Counted from the stretch's first letter, positions 26,181 to 36,145 are shown. The stretch is 64,000 bases of DNA from Candidatus Nomurabacteria bacterium (GCA_023267215.1 JAHFNS010000002.1:256892-320891), one strand, 5' to 3'. The notes: generated from the letters alone by a model not told the origin. Made by a program: numbers and translations.

Positions 26181-27095
26181 TTATTTTACTAACGACATTT
26201 TTTTTGTTTGCATAAAGTTACCTGCTTGTAACCTATAGAAATAAGTACCGCTTGATAACTTAAGTTTGCCGGCATCGAATGTTGCTTCGTAAATTCCAGC
26301 AGGTTTTTGCTCGTTGTCAACGAGTGTTGCTACTTCTCTACCTTGTAAATCGTAGACCTTTAATGTAACAGGTCCAGACTCAATTGGTACGAAGTATTGA
26401 ATCTTTGTTGCAGGGTTGAATGGGTTAGGATAATTCTGTGACAATTCAAATTTGAAAGGGATATTATTCCCTTCAATTTTGGTGATCTGAAAATTATCAT
26501 AGACAATCTCATTCCCGAGACTATCTACTCCAATTAAATTTCTTATGTCTATACTTGCTCCGACATATGAAATTTCAGAAGACATGACCCAAAATAAGAA
26601 AGTCATGGAATAGAAATTTTTTATTCTATTTGTCACAGCATCTGTTGGAAGCTTTATTTTCTTCCATCCATCTACCACTGGATTTGTTTCATTCACACTT
26701 ACAGTTTTATTGTAAATAGAATACCCGTCACCAGTAATTTCAAGACCAATAGCAATTTCTGATACATTTCCAACTAATCCAGAAACTCGATAATCAAATC
26801 CGACGTATTTTTGGATTTTTTTAGTTTCAGTTGCAGAAAAAAATCTTTTTTTATAATTGGTCATTAGATATACTTGTCCATTTAAATATGTATTACCAAA
26901 TGTATTGAATGTTTGGTAACCACTTTTAATTTGTGAGTATGTTTTTGAAGCATCATACAACAAGTTACCATGGATATCGTAACCTGGTAGACACTCCCAA
27001 CCATTTACAGCAGTTGCATCTGTTACTTTTGTCTGAGCTGTTACCAACCCAACAAAAATTAAAACTAAAAACAGTGTGTTAAGTAACGTTTTCAT
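26181..27095 (-). CDS. Secreted protein with a T9SS-type C-terminal sorting domain; paralogue of 24105..25028
   Basis: Identical signal peptide. C-terminus LSQNYPNPFNPATKIQYFVP..LKVYDLQGREVATLV..SGTYFYRLQAG. Confidence 0.7.
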   Translation of the reverse strand: MKTLLNTLFLVLIFVGLVTAQTKVTDATAVNGWECLPGYDIHGNLLYDASKTYSQIKSGYQTFNTFGNTYLNGQVYLMTNYKKRFFSATETKKIQKYVGFDYRVSGLVGNVSEIAIGLEITGDGYSIYNKTVSVNETNPVVDGWKKIKLPTDAVTNRIKNFYSMTFLFWVMSSEISYVGASIDIRNLIGVDSLGNEIVYDNFQITKIEGNNIPFKFELSQNYPNPFNPATKIQYFVPIESGPVTLKVYDLQGREVATLVDNEQKPAGIYEATFDAGKLKLSSGTYFYRLQAGNFMQTKKMSLVK

Positions 27096-27359
27096 AACGC
27101 TCCTTTTATTTTTTTTATAAATTAAATTGATTACAAAAAAACGGAATATTTTTTCTGTACTTTTGTAACCAATTTAATTGTTTGTCAAAGAAATTCTCTA
27201 TTAATTAGAGAACATATTTAAACCTATGTAAAGCATAGCATAGTTTGGGGCTTTTGTCAATGTCAAGGAAGCTAAAATGCCAAAAAAGCTAGTATTTACG
27301 TGGACTTATCCACAGAATTTTCCCCAATTTGCCTTGTTTAATGTATAATTAAAGAATTA

Positions 27360-30300
27360 TTGGTGTATTTTAAATATAAATTTATATCTATGTATAAAAA
27401 ATTTTTGAATATTGGAGTTGTAGTATTGGTAGTTTTGACAATTGGTATAAGTTTTCTTTTTATATCTAATGTACTAGCCTCAGGTCAAAATCCTCCGACT
27501 TTAACGCTTTCTGCAAATCCATCGACAGTAGAATATGGAGATTCGACTACTATAACTTGGTCAACGACATATGCAGATAATTGTACCGCTTTTGAAAGTT
27601 GGTCAGGATCGAAAGCAGTTTCTGGGTCGCAGAATATTGGCAACATAACATCAAGTGGGGTTTATCGACTTACATGCACTGGGTCTGGAGGTAGTGTCAC
27701 AAAGGATGCTTATATTAATATTGCAGCTTCGCCTAAATGTGGCTGTTATTCTAGTTTAGTAAATAGTGCAAATGCTGTAGGGTTGCCTTATTGCAGTGTG
27801 TATAATGACAATAACTATTGTCGTGCTGAAGTTGCTGGGGGTGGTTGGGGGTATTGTAATTGGCAGCCAATGTATGATGAATACTTTTCGTACTGTCCTA
27901 CATTAGGAGTTAGTGCCACCCCCGTCTCTATTTTTACTAATTCAACAGGAACATCTACTTTGACTATCTCAAGTAGTGATATTTCTGGAAATATAACTTA
28001 TTCTGTAAATAAACCAGATGGTCTTACAAATACATCTGTAAAAAATGGTTTTACAAATAAATCTGCTGAAATTGAAATTATTGCAGGGTCTACTGCCGGA
28101 ACTTACACTGTGACCGTGACAGCAAGTGGAACTGGCACTAATGGGAATTCTATTTCTACGTCAAAAGATATTCTCGTGACCGTGACGGCTGCCCCTACAC
28201 CTACTTTAACCCTTACAGCAACTCCAATTTCACTCCCTATTAATTCAACAAAAACAGGGAATATAATTGGTGTGACTGCGAGTAATATTTCGGGAAATAT
28301 AAATCTTTTTAAAACTCTTCCAAATAATATTTCTGATGTAGCTATACCTGATTCAATTCCTTCTACTTCTCTCTCTACTTCTTACAGCGTTACAGCTGGA
28401 CCTAATGCTACTACTTCAGGAAATCCTGCATTAGTAACAATATCCGCAAGCGCAGTTGGGACAGATGGAAGTACAGTTACTAAATCTATAGATGTCCCTG
28501 TCACTGTGACTGCCGCCGCTGTTCCTGATCCTTCTGGAACTATTTCTGTAGCTCCGACTTCTTGTGTCATAGCAATTGGCGCATCTACTTGTCCTACGTA
28601 TGTAAGTTGGGGAACTTATGATTTAATTGATGGTGTCACCGCAGAAGTGACAAGAAATAATCCACCCAACACTCATGTTTCTTATGCTCCAAATAGAAGT
28701 TCATATTTTCATAATATTAATTATGGAAAAACTATTTTCTTTCTCTACCATAATGGAGTAGAGTTGGCTAAAAGTGAAGAAATCACTGCTTCTTGTGCTA
28801 GTGGTTCCACTTGGAACAATACTATATGTGCAACTAATACAACTGTTCCCACTGTCGTTACTTCTGGAGCTATAAGTGTAACATCAACTTCTGCAACAAT
28901 TGGTGGAAATGTTACTTCAGATGGAGGTTCAGCTATTATTTCTCGAGGAACTATTATTGGTCAACAGCAGCCCACTTCAGATGTCCCCAAAACTGCAGAA
29001 GGTGGTACAACAACTGGTCATTTTAATCAAAATAAAACAAATTTAACTCCAGAAACCTCCTATTATTACAAAGCCTATGCCGTAAATAGTGTTGGTACAG
29101 CTTATGGTGATGATGTATTGTTTACAACTAGTGCTAAACTTTTATCTGACCTTGTTGCTTCAGCACCTACTTCAACCACAGCAGTTGTCGGAGTCGCTCA
29201 AACATTTTCTTCAACCATTCTAAACTCAGGCACTGCTTCAACTGGGGCTAGTTTTTATAATGCATTTCAAATAGCTGATGATGTAAGTGGAGTAGATCCA
29301 AGATCGCCTGAATCTTCATCTTCGATGTCAGCACTTGCTGTAAATGGAACGGGTGTTGCTTCTGCCTCGCATACATTTGATACCGCTAGAACATATTCTG
29401 TTAGATTTTGTGCAGATAGTAACACTAGCTTTGTCGGAACCATCACTGAATCAAATGAAAATAACAACTGTAGTGCTTGGACAGACGTAGTGGTGAGCGA
29501 TGCTCCAACAGCTCCTACTTGTACTTCTCCAACTTCGACTAATATTACTCAGACTTCTGCTGTTATAGGGGGAAACATAACTTCAAGTGGTGGTTCTGCT
29601 ATTAACTCTCGAGGAACTATTCTTAGTTTAGCTGATGCGAATATTCCTAAAACTGCAGAAGGTGGTACAACAACTGGTGTCTTCACTCAAAGTAAAACAA
29701 GTTTAACTCCAGGGACCACTTATCACTACAAAGCTTATGCCACGAATGCTATTGGCACAGGGTATTGTCCTGATTCCACCTTTACGACTTTGCCTCCGGA
29801 TTCCTGCGGTGCTGGCAGTAGTTCTACTCCACAACTTACTGAACCAACAGGAACAAATGCTTGTACAACTGGAATATATGCAAACTCTCCAGCCGACACC
29901 ACAACTGCCGGATCGCAAGCATGGAATTGGTCTTGCGGAACAGTGACGACATGTTCTGCTCCTAAATATGGATGTACAACAGTTACAGATACTAATTACA
30001 ATGCGACTGGTCCAAATAATATTTATAATTGTGCTCTCACTTGTGCGAATGGTGCAACTAATTATCCGACTTGTTCAACACATACGATTACTTTTGATGG
30101 CAATGGTTCCACTGGTGGTTCTACTGCTAGTCAAACAATTCCAGAAGGAAATTCTGTTAATTTAAGAGCCAATGGTTTTACTAAAACTGGTTATTCATTT
30201 GCTGGTTGGGCAACCACTTCAACTGGAGTTGTTTCTTATATTGATCAAGCAAGTTATAGTATGGGAAGTGGAGATGTAACTCTTTATGCAAAATGGAATC

Positions 30301-32135
30301 AAGGAGATTCTTGCGGTACATATTCTGGAATTACTCCAAGACTTACCGAACCAACAACAAATCCAACAGCATGTAATCCAGGAACATATGCAAACTCTCC
30401 AGCCGACACCACAACTGCCGGATCGCAAGCATGGAATTGGTCTTGCGGAACAGTGACGACATGTTCTGCTCCTAAATATGGATGTACAACAGTTACAGAT
30501 ACTAATTACAATGCGACTGGTCCAAATAATATTTATAATTGTGCTCTCACTTGTGCGAATGGTGCAACTAATTATCCGACTTGTTCACTTCTTCCGACTG
30601 TCACCACTTCTTCAATAACAAACATAACTCAAACCACTGCCACAGGTGGAGGAAATGTAACTTCCGATGGAGGAGCGACAGTCTCAGTGAGTGGTCTAGT
30701 CTGGAGTACATCATCAAATCCGACAACAGCTGATAGTAAAACAACTAATGGTTGGGCACTCGGTGGACCATGGACAAGTAATATAACAGGATTAACAGCA
30801 AATACTCTTTATCATGTACGTGCATATGCCACGAATAGTGTCGGTACTTCTTATGGTGCCGATGTGACATTTACGACGACTAGCGTTGCACCAGTTTCGC
30901 CAACAGTTACAACAAGTGCAATTACAAACATAACTCAAACCACTGCCACAGGTGGAGGAAATGTAACTTCCGATGGAGGAGCGACAGTCTCAGTGAGTGG
31001 TCTAGTCTGGAGTACATCATCAAATCCGACAACAGCTGATAGTAAAACAACTAATGGTTGGGCACTCGGTGGACCATGGACAAGTAATATAACAGGATTA
31101 ACAGCAAATACTCTTTATCATGTACGTGCATATGCCACGAATAGTGTCGGTACTTCTTATGGTGCCGATGTGACATTTACGACGACTGACACATCATGTT
31201 CTGCCCCTCTTACTCAAAATGTCACAGTTGCTTGTGATTTACAAAATGGGGTAGCAGCGTCTTCTGGATCAGTAATAAGAAGTCAAACAAAAGTTTATCC
31301 AGATTGTACTTTTGGTACACCGGTGACAGTAAATAATTCTACTTATGTAAGTGACAATTGTGTGTATCCGACAATAGTAAATGGTGCTTGCTCATCTCCG
31401 GTTGCTCATTATAATTGTTTGACCGGTTCTCTAAGTAATTCAAGTGAAGATGCTAACTCTTATACTTGGAATTGTATAGGTTCTAGTAGTGGTTCAACAG
31501 CTTTTTGTTCAGAAAGTAAAAATAATGATGTCATTCTTCCGACAGGTACTATGTCTGCTACTGCTTGTTCAATACTAGAAGATGCTTCATCCTGTAACTC
31601 GACTCTCTCTTGGAGTATAGATAATCCTACAGGCTCTTCTGCAATTACTAGTTCTATCAATGATGCTGGTGCCTCTGCTCCAAATACAGAAGTTGTAACT
31701 GGAATTGCAGTTACAGGTAGTCATTCTGTTGTTGTTCCTTATAATTCCAGAGCTTTTTATCTTTACAATCAGGGCTCACCCAATGCTCTTTCTCAGATAA
31801 TAGTGAACGTAGATTGTGCAACTGGTACTTATTGGAATGATACTAAATGTGTAAAAAATAATATCACTCCTTCTCCGACGGTCACTATCACTGCTACTCC
31901 AAGCTTAATTGCTAAAGGTAAATCTTCAACACTCACTTGGTCTTCCACTCACGCAGATTCATGCAGTGGAGCAAATTTTAGCACAGATGGTGCAACCTTA
32001 GGCACTGTCTCAGTGAGTCCAACAGTTACAACTACTTACGGAATAAATTGTGTTAATGTCAATGCACAAACATCTGATCATACGACTGTCACTGTGACAG
32101 TAGGAGGTAAACAGCCAATTTACAAGGAACAGTAG
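27360..32135 (+). CDS. Giant (1591 aa) Thr/Ser-rich cell-surface protein with Fn3-like repeats and a Listeria-Bacteroides (InlB B-type) repeat
   Basis: N-terminal signal/TM anchor. Four Fn3-like units (..TNLTP.T.YYYKAYA.N..GT.YG..V.FTT). A Flg_new-type repeat (ITFDGNGSTGG..GYSFAGWATT..TLYAKW). Cys-containing modules. Confidence 0.8.
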   Translation: MVYFKYKFISMYKKFLNIGVVVLVVLTIGISFLFISNVLASGQNPPTLTLSANPSTVEYGDSTTITWSTTYADNCTAFESWSGSKAVSGSQNIGNITSSGVYRLTCTGSGGSVTKDAYINIAASPKCGCYSSLVNSANAVGLPYCSVYNDNNYCRAEVAGGGWGYCNWQPMYDEYFSYCPTLGVSATPVSIFTNSTGTSTLTISSSDISGNITYSVNKPDGLTNTSVKNGFTNKSAEIEIIAGSTAGTYTVTVTASGTGTNGNSISTSKDILVTVTAAPTPTLTLTATPISLPINSTKTGNIIGVTASNISGNINLFKTLPNNISDVAIPDSIPSTSLSTSYSVTAGPNATTSGNPALVTISASAVGTDGSTVTKSIDVPVTVTAAAVPDPSGTISVAPTSCVIAIGASTCPTYVSWGTYDLIDGVTAEVTRNNPPNTHVSYAPNRSSYFHNINYGKTIFFLYHNGVELAKSEEITASCASGSTWNNTICATNTTVPTVVTSGAISVTSTSATIGGNVTSDGGSAIISRGTIIGQQQPTSDVPKTAEGGTTTGHFNQNKTNLTPETSYYYKAYAVNSVGTAYGDDVLFTTSAKLLSDLVASAPTSTTAVVGVAQTFSSTILNSGTASTGASFYNAFQIADDVSGVDPRSPESSSSMSALAVNGTGVASASHTFDTARTYSVRFCADSNTSFVGTITESNENNNCSAWTDVVVSDAPTAPTCTSPTSTNITQTSAVIGGNITSSGGSAINSRGTILSLADANIPKTAEGGTTTGVFTQSKTSLTPGTTYHYKAYATNAIGTGYCPDSTFTTLPPDSCGAGSSSTPQLTEPTGTNACTTGIYANSPADTTTAGSQAWNWSCGTVTTCSAPKYGCTTVTDTNYNATGPNNIYNCALTCANGATNYPTCSTHTITFDGNGSTGGSTASQTIPEGNSVNLRANGFTKTGYSFAGWATTSTGVVSYIDQASYSMGSGDVTLYAKWNQGDSCGTYSGITPRLTEPTTNPTACNPGTYANSPADTTTAGSQAWNWSCGTVTTCSAPKYGCTTVTDTNYNATGPNNIYNCALTCANGATNYPTCSLLPTVTTSSITNITQTTATGGGNVTSDGGATVSVSGLVWSTSSNPTTADSKTTNGWALGGPWTSNITGLTANTLYHVRAYATNSVGTSYGADVTFTTTSVAPVSPTVTTSAITNITQTTATGGGNVTSDGGATVSVSGLVWSTSSNPTTADSKTTNGWALGGPWTSNITGLTANTLYHVRAYATNSVGTSYGADVTFTTTDTSCSAPLTQNVTVACDLQNGVAASSGSVIRSQTKVYPDCTFGTPVTVNNSTYVSDNCVYPTIVNGACSSPVAHYNCLTGSLSNSSEDANSYTWNCIGSSSGSTAFCSESKNNDVILPTGTMSATACSILEDASSCNSTLSWSIDNPTGSSAITSSINDAGASAPNTEVVTGIAVTGSHSVVVPYNSRAFYLYNQGSPNALSQIIVNVDCATGTYWNDTKCVKNNITPSPTVTITATPSLIAKGKSSTLTWSSTHADSCSGANFSTDGATLGTVSVSPTVTTTYGINCVNVNAQTSDHTTVTVTVGGKQPIYKEQ
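29877..30076 (+). repeat. 200-bp intragenic repeat, apparently nucleotide-identical to 30387-30587 (the Cys-rich module YANSPADTTTAGSQAWNWSCGTVTTCSAPKYGCTT..)
   Basis: Read directly from the two copies; the flanks are diverged. Confidence 0.7.
30613..31187 (+). repeat. Two tandem ~275-bp apparently identical units (30613-30888 and 30920-31187), each encoding an Fn3-like domain
   Basis: ITNITQTTATGGGNVTSDGGATVSVSGLVWSTSSNPTTADSKTTNGWALGGPWTSNITGLTANTLYHVRAYATNSVGTSYGADVTFTTT is encoded twice, with the same codons. Confidence 0.7.
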
Positions 32136-32161
32136 AATAAAAAATAAGATATAAAATACCA

Positions 32162-32187
32162 AAAATTCCCCAGTAGGGGAATTTTTG
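32162..32187 (+). terminator. Intrinsic terminator AAAAATTCCCC-AGTA-GGGGAATTTTT after the giant gene; it overlaps the extended -10 (TGGTATAAT, 32187-32195) of tpiA
   Basis: Perfect stem plus T-tract. The -10 element lies 6 nt upstream of the tpiA ATG, suggesting a leaderless tpiA mRNA. Confidence 0.5.
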
Positions 32188-32200
32188 GTATAATTGACTT

Positions 32201-33019
32201 ATGTCTAAGAGTATCATTATTGCCAATTGGAAGATGAATCCAGAAAATTTAAAAGAAGCAGAAAGATTATTTTCTGGTATTATTAAATCAATATCTGATA
32301 TTAAAAAAACGGAAATAGTGATTTGTCCGCCTTTTATTTTTTTGCCTTACTTTACCAAAGCTATTAAGAGTGAAGAAAAATTAATAAAAATTTCAAAAAA
32401 AATAAAAATTGGTGCACAGGATCTTTTTTTTGAAGATAGTGGGGCTTATACTGGAGAGATTTCAGCTCCTATGCTTTATGATATAGGTGCCAGATATGCA
32501 ATAATTGGACATTCTGAAAGAAGAAATCCTCCTTTTTCTAGCCTTGGAGGAACTATTGGAGAAACTAATTTAGAAATAAATAAAAAAATAAAAGCTGCTT
32601 TAAGAGCAGGACTTCAACCGATACTTTGTGTGGGAGAAAACCTAAGAGATGAAAATCACGAATATTTAAATTTTATAAAAATACAAATAGAAGAATGTTT
32701 GGATGGAATTTCTAAAAATTCTATTTCAAAAGTCATTGTTGCTTACGAACCAGTCTGGGCTATAGGTAATGGTGCTCGCCCAGCAACCCCGGAAGAATTT
32801 TATGAGATGAAAATATTCATTCGTAAAATCTTAAGTGATAAATTTGGAGTGAAATTTATTTCTGGTGCTAGAATAATCTATGGTGGTTCTGTTGATGATA
32901 AAAATGTTGAAAGTTTTATAAAAGAAGGAAAAGCAGATGGTTTTCTTCCGGGTAGAGCTAGTTTAGACATAAAAAAGTTTTCACAAATTATAAAAATATG
33001 CGAAACATCAAACAATTAA
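32201..33019 (+). CDS. tpiA: Triosephosphate isomerase
   Basis: IIANWKMN, IIGHSERR and AYEPVWAIG motifs. Confidence 0.85.
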   Translation: MSKSIIIANWKMNPENLKEAERLFSGIIKSISDIKKTEIVICPPFIFLPYFTKAIKSEEKLIKISKKIKIGAQDLFFEDSGAYTGEISAPMLYDIGARYAIIGHSERRNPPFSSLGGTIGETNLEINKKIKAALRAGLQPILCVGENLRDENHEYLNFIKIQIEECLDGISKNSISKVIVAYEPVWAIGNGARPATPEEFYEMKIFIRKILSDKFGVKFISGARIIYGGSVDDKNVESFIKEGKADGFLPGRASLDIKKFSQIIKICETSNN

Positions 33020-34038
33020 AAAATATAAAAGGAAAAAGAGCTTTGGTGCGAGTAGATTTTAACGTACCCATCAAAAATGGAAAAGTTTTGGATGATTTCA
33101 GAATTAAACAAGCAATACCCTCTATTAAATACTTAGAAAAAAAGGGAGCGAAAATAATTTTAATCACGCACTTAGGGAAAGACGGCAGTGCAAGTTTGGA
33201 GCCAGTCATTAAACATTTTTTTAAGATTTCAAAATGTTCTAAATTACAAATTAGTTTCTTTGAAAACATAAGGAAATTTTCTGGTGAAGAAAAGAATGAT
33301 TTAAATTTTGCAAAAAACCTTGCGAAACAAGGAGATTTTTATGTGAATGAAGCCTTTTCTGTGTCTCATAGAGCTCATGCATCTGTCGTTTCCTTAGCGA
33401 AACTTCTGCCTTCTTATGCAGGTTTCCAATTTGAAAAAGAAATTAAAAATTTATCTAAAGTTTTCAAAAATCCAAAACACCCTTTTTTGTTTATTTTAGG
33501 TGGTGCAAAATTTTCTACTAAAATGCCACTAATAAAAAAATATTTAAAATTAGCTGACAGTGTTTTTATCGGGGGAGCACTTGCCAATGATTTTTTGAAA
33601 GCTAAAGGATATGAAATAGGGAAATCTTTAGTAGATGAGATTGATTTTGGAATTAAAAATATTATAAAAAATAAAAAAATAATTTTACCAGAAGATGTAT
33701 TTGTAAAAGATGAAATTATCTTAGATATTGGTGAGAAATCAGTAAAAACTTTAGAAAATTTAATCCAAAAATCAAAATTGATTCTTTGGAATGGACCACT
33801 TGGTAAATATGAAGACGAAGAAGCAAAAGCAACCAAGAGAATCATGAATTTTCTTTTAAAACAAAAAAATAAAGAGATAATCCTCGGTGGTGGAGATCTC
33901 GTAAGTTGTATTCCGAAATCTGTTTTAGAATCTAGAAACTATAAACTAGCACCTAATTTATTTATTTCCACTGGTGGAGGAGCTACATTGGATTTTTTAG
34001 CGAACGGTACATTGCCTGGAATTAAAGCATTGAAGTAA
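32998..34038 (+). CDS. pgk: Phosphoglycerate kinase (compact, 346 aa)
   Basis: RVDFNVP N-terminus and the GGGA..D and GGGD C-terminal motifs. It overlaps the tpiA end by 22 nt. Confidence 0.8.
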   Translation: MRNIKQLKNIKGKRALVRVDFNVPIKNGKVLDDFRIKQAIPSIKYLEKKGAKIILITHLGKDGSASLEPVIKHFFKISKCSKLQISFFENIRKFSGEEKNDLNFAKNLAKQGDFYVNEAFSVSHRAHASVVSLAKLLPSYAGFQFEKEIKNLSKVFKNPKHPFLFILGGAKFSTKMPLIKKYLKLADSVFIGGALANDFLKAKGYEIGKSLVDEIDFGIKNIIKNKKIILPEDVFVKDEIILDIGEKSVKTLENLIQKSKLILWNGPLGKYEDEEAKATKRIMNFLLKQKNKEIILGGGDLVSCIPKSVLESRNYKLAPNLFISTGGGATLDFLANGTLPGIKALK

Positions 34039-34414
34039 TTTTTTTTACTACTTCTTCTTTTTCTCCTTCCTCATAATGCTTTTTAGGCCATTCTGAAAGT
34101 CCATCGTCTTTATAACGAGGTATTAGATGCACATGAAAATGTGGTACATCTGTACCACTCACACTTAGGGATACATAATCGCAACCGATTCCTTTTATCA
34201 TTGCTTGCATTAATTTTTTTGCTAACTTGAATATTTCTGAGATAGTTTCATCTTTTACTTCTTGCATCCAGACAACATGTTGTTTGGGAATTATTAAAGT
34301 ATGTCCAAAAGAAACTGGTTCTATGTCTAATAGGGCTAAAAAATACTCATCTTCGTAAACTTTTGTGACAGGCAATTCTCCTTTGGTTATTTTACAAAAA
34401 ATACAACTTTGCAT
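34022..34414 (-). CDS. HIT-family (histidine triad) protein
   Basis: HVHFHVHLIP histidine triad. Confidence 0.8.
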   Translation of the reverse strand: MQSCIFCKITKGELPVTKVYEDEYFLALLDIEPVSFGHTLIIPKQHVVWMQEVKDETISEIFKLAKKLMQAMIKGIGCDYVSLSVSGTDVPHFHVHLIPRYKDDGLSEWPKKHYEEGEKEEVVKKITSML

Positions 34415-34450
34415 AAGGATAATATATCAAATTATGTTAAAATTTACTAC

Positions 34451-36133
34451 ATGCAACAATATTCCGAATTACTTCGGACAATTTTAGAAAAGAGAGGAAT
34501 AAAAACAGAAGCGGAAGCTCTGGTTTTTTTAAATCCTGATTATGAACGTGATCTACAGGATCCATTTTTAATGAGAGATATGGAACGTGCCTGCGTAAAG
34601 CTTTTCGAGACGATAGATAATGGAGAAAAGACTGTTATATATGCTGATTATGACTGTGATGGCATACCGGGTGCTGTTATATTGCAAGATTTATTCAAAA
34701 AAGTAGGGTATACAAATTATGAGATTTATATTCCAGGTAGAAATAATGAAGGTTATGGACTAAACTCTCAAGCCATAGAACAATTTGTAAAAAAAGGAAT
34801 AAAACTTTTAATAACGATTGATCTTGGCATAACAGCTGTTTCCGAAGTGGCTGAAGCAGGGGTGGGAGGCATGAATGTGATTATTACAGACCATCACTTG
34901 CCTATCCGTAGCCTTGGCGAAGGAGGGCTTACCTCTATTGTTTTACCGAAAGCTTATGCAATTTTAAATCCAAAAGTAGATGAATATCCTGAAAAAATGT
35001 TGTGTGGAGCGGGAGTAATGTTTAAGTTTGTCCAAGGTTTCGTAAAAAAATATGGAGAACTCTACAAGGTGAAAGAAGGATGGGAAAAGTGGTGTCTAGA
35101 TATGGCGGGACTCGCCACTCTTTCTGACCTTGTGCCACTTTTAGGTGAGAATAGAGTCATTGCTTACTATGGAATGAAAGTATTAAAAAAATCTCCACGC
35201 CCAGGTTTACAAAAACTTTTATCAAAAATGAATATTGATCAGAAATATTTGAGCGAAGATGATATCGGTTTTATGGTGACTCCTCGGCTCAATGCTGCCT
35301 CGCGTATGGATGATCCGATGAGGGCTTATGAACTTCTTGCCACAGAAGACGAAGTGGAGGCCGGAATACTCGTCGATCATTTGTCTAAAATAAATGATGA
35401 TAGAAAAACAATGGTGACTTCCATTATGCGGGAAGTAAATAAAAAATTTGAAGAAAGAGATTTAAAAGAGGTAATAGTTATAGGCAATCCTAATTGGCGG
35501 GTGGGAGTGCTCGGGCTCGTGGCGGGAAAAATAACAGATGAATACAAAAGACCTGTTTTTGTTTGGGGGAAAGATGAAAATGATTTGATAAAAGGTTCTT
35601 GTCGATCTGATGGCTCGGTTTCTCTCGTTGAATTGATGACAGAGACCAGTGAATTTTTTACGGAATTTGGTGGACACGAGTTTGCTGGCGGTTTCACTGT
35701 AGACAATGAAAAGATTCATTTTCTAGAAGAAGCTCTTTCGACATCTTACCATAAGGTAAAGAGAGATGTGCTAGAAGATGAGATAGCTTATGACATCAAG
35801 TCTGATTTGAGTGCTGTGAATATGAAAAATTGGCGCGAGATAGAAAAACTTTCTCCTTTCGGGTTAGGAAACCCAAAACCAGTTTTTCTTTTTGAAAATG
35901 TTAAAGTAGAAAATATAAAAAAATTCGGCAAAAATGGTTCGGGGGAACATTTAGAAATCACTTTTTCTGACAATAGTAAAAATAAAGTTAAAGCAATTTC
36001 TTTTTTTTCTAACAATGATTCATTTGATGTGCCCTTGTCAGAAGGTATAAAAGTAAATCTTCTTGCTACATTTGATTTATCTAGATTTAGAGGAAGAGAA
36101 GAATTACGTTTACGAATTGAAAATGTCTTGTGA
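34451..36133 (+). CDS. recJ: Single-stranded-DNA-specific exonuclease RecJ (DHH/DHHA1)
   Basis: DHH motifs (YADYDCDGIPG; ITDHH) and a C-terminal DHHA1 GGH motif. The ORF track starts at 34409, but 34451 avoids overlap with the divergent HIT gene start. Confidence 0.75.
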   Translation: MQQYSELLRTILEKRGIKTEAEALVFLNPDYERDLQDPFLMRDMERACVKLFETIDNGEKTVIYADYDCDGIPGAVILQDLFKKVGYTNYEIYIPGRNNEGYGLNSQAIEQFVKKGIKLLITIDLGITAVSEVAEAGVGGMNVIITDHHLPIRSLGEGGLTSIVLPKAYAILNPKVDEYPEKMLCGAGVMFKFVQGFVKKYGELYKVKEGWEKWCLDMAGLATLSDLVPLLGENRVIAYYGMKVLKKSPRPGLQKLLSKMNIDQKYLSEDDIGFMVTPRLNAASRMDDPMRAYELLATEDEVEAGILVDHLSKINDDRKTMVTSIMREVNKKFEERDLKEVIVIGNPNWRVGVLGLVAGKITDEYKRPVFVWGKDENDLIKGSCRSDGSVSLVELMTETSEFFTEFGGHEFAGGFTVDNEKIHFLEEALSTSYHKVKRDVLEDEIAYDIKSDLSAVNMKNWREIEKLSPFGLGNPKPVFLFENVKVENIKKFGKNGSGEHLEITFSDNSKNKVKAISFFSNNDSFDVPLSEGIKVNLLATFDLSRFRGREELRLRIENVL

Positions 36134-36145
36134 TATAATGCTTAA

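Noticed and set aside
9632-27316. The four TTATCCACA DnaA boxes as a replication origin
   Set aside because: There is no dnaA/dnaN neighbourhood and no AT-rich DUE adjacent to clustered boxes. Two boxes are just part of a duplicated 46-bp repeat. They are kept only as a low-interest note.
27360-32135. Regularly spaced identical repeats that could suggest a CRISPR array
   Set aside because: The repeats are 200-275 bp long, lie inside a continuous ORF and encode protein domains. There are no short direct repeats with unique spacers anywhere in the window.
34409-34450. RecJ start at 34409
   Set aside because: It would overlap the divergently transcribed HIT gene start (34414). The conserved RecJ N-terminus (L.RIL..RGI...EA..FL.P...L.DPF) begins right after the internal Met at 34451.
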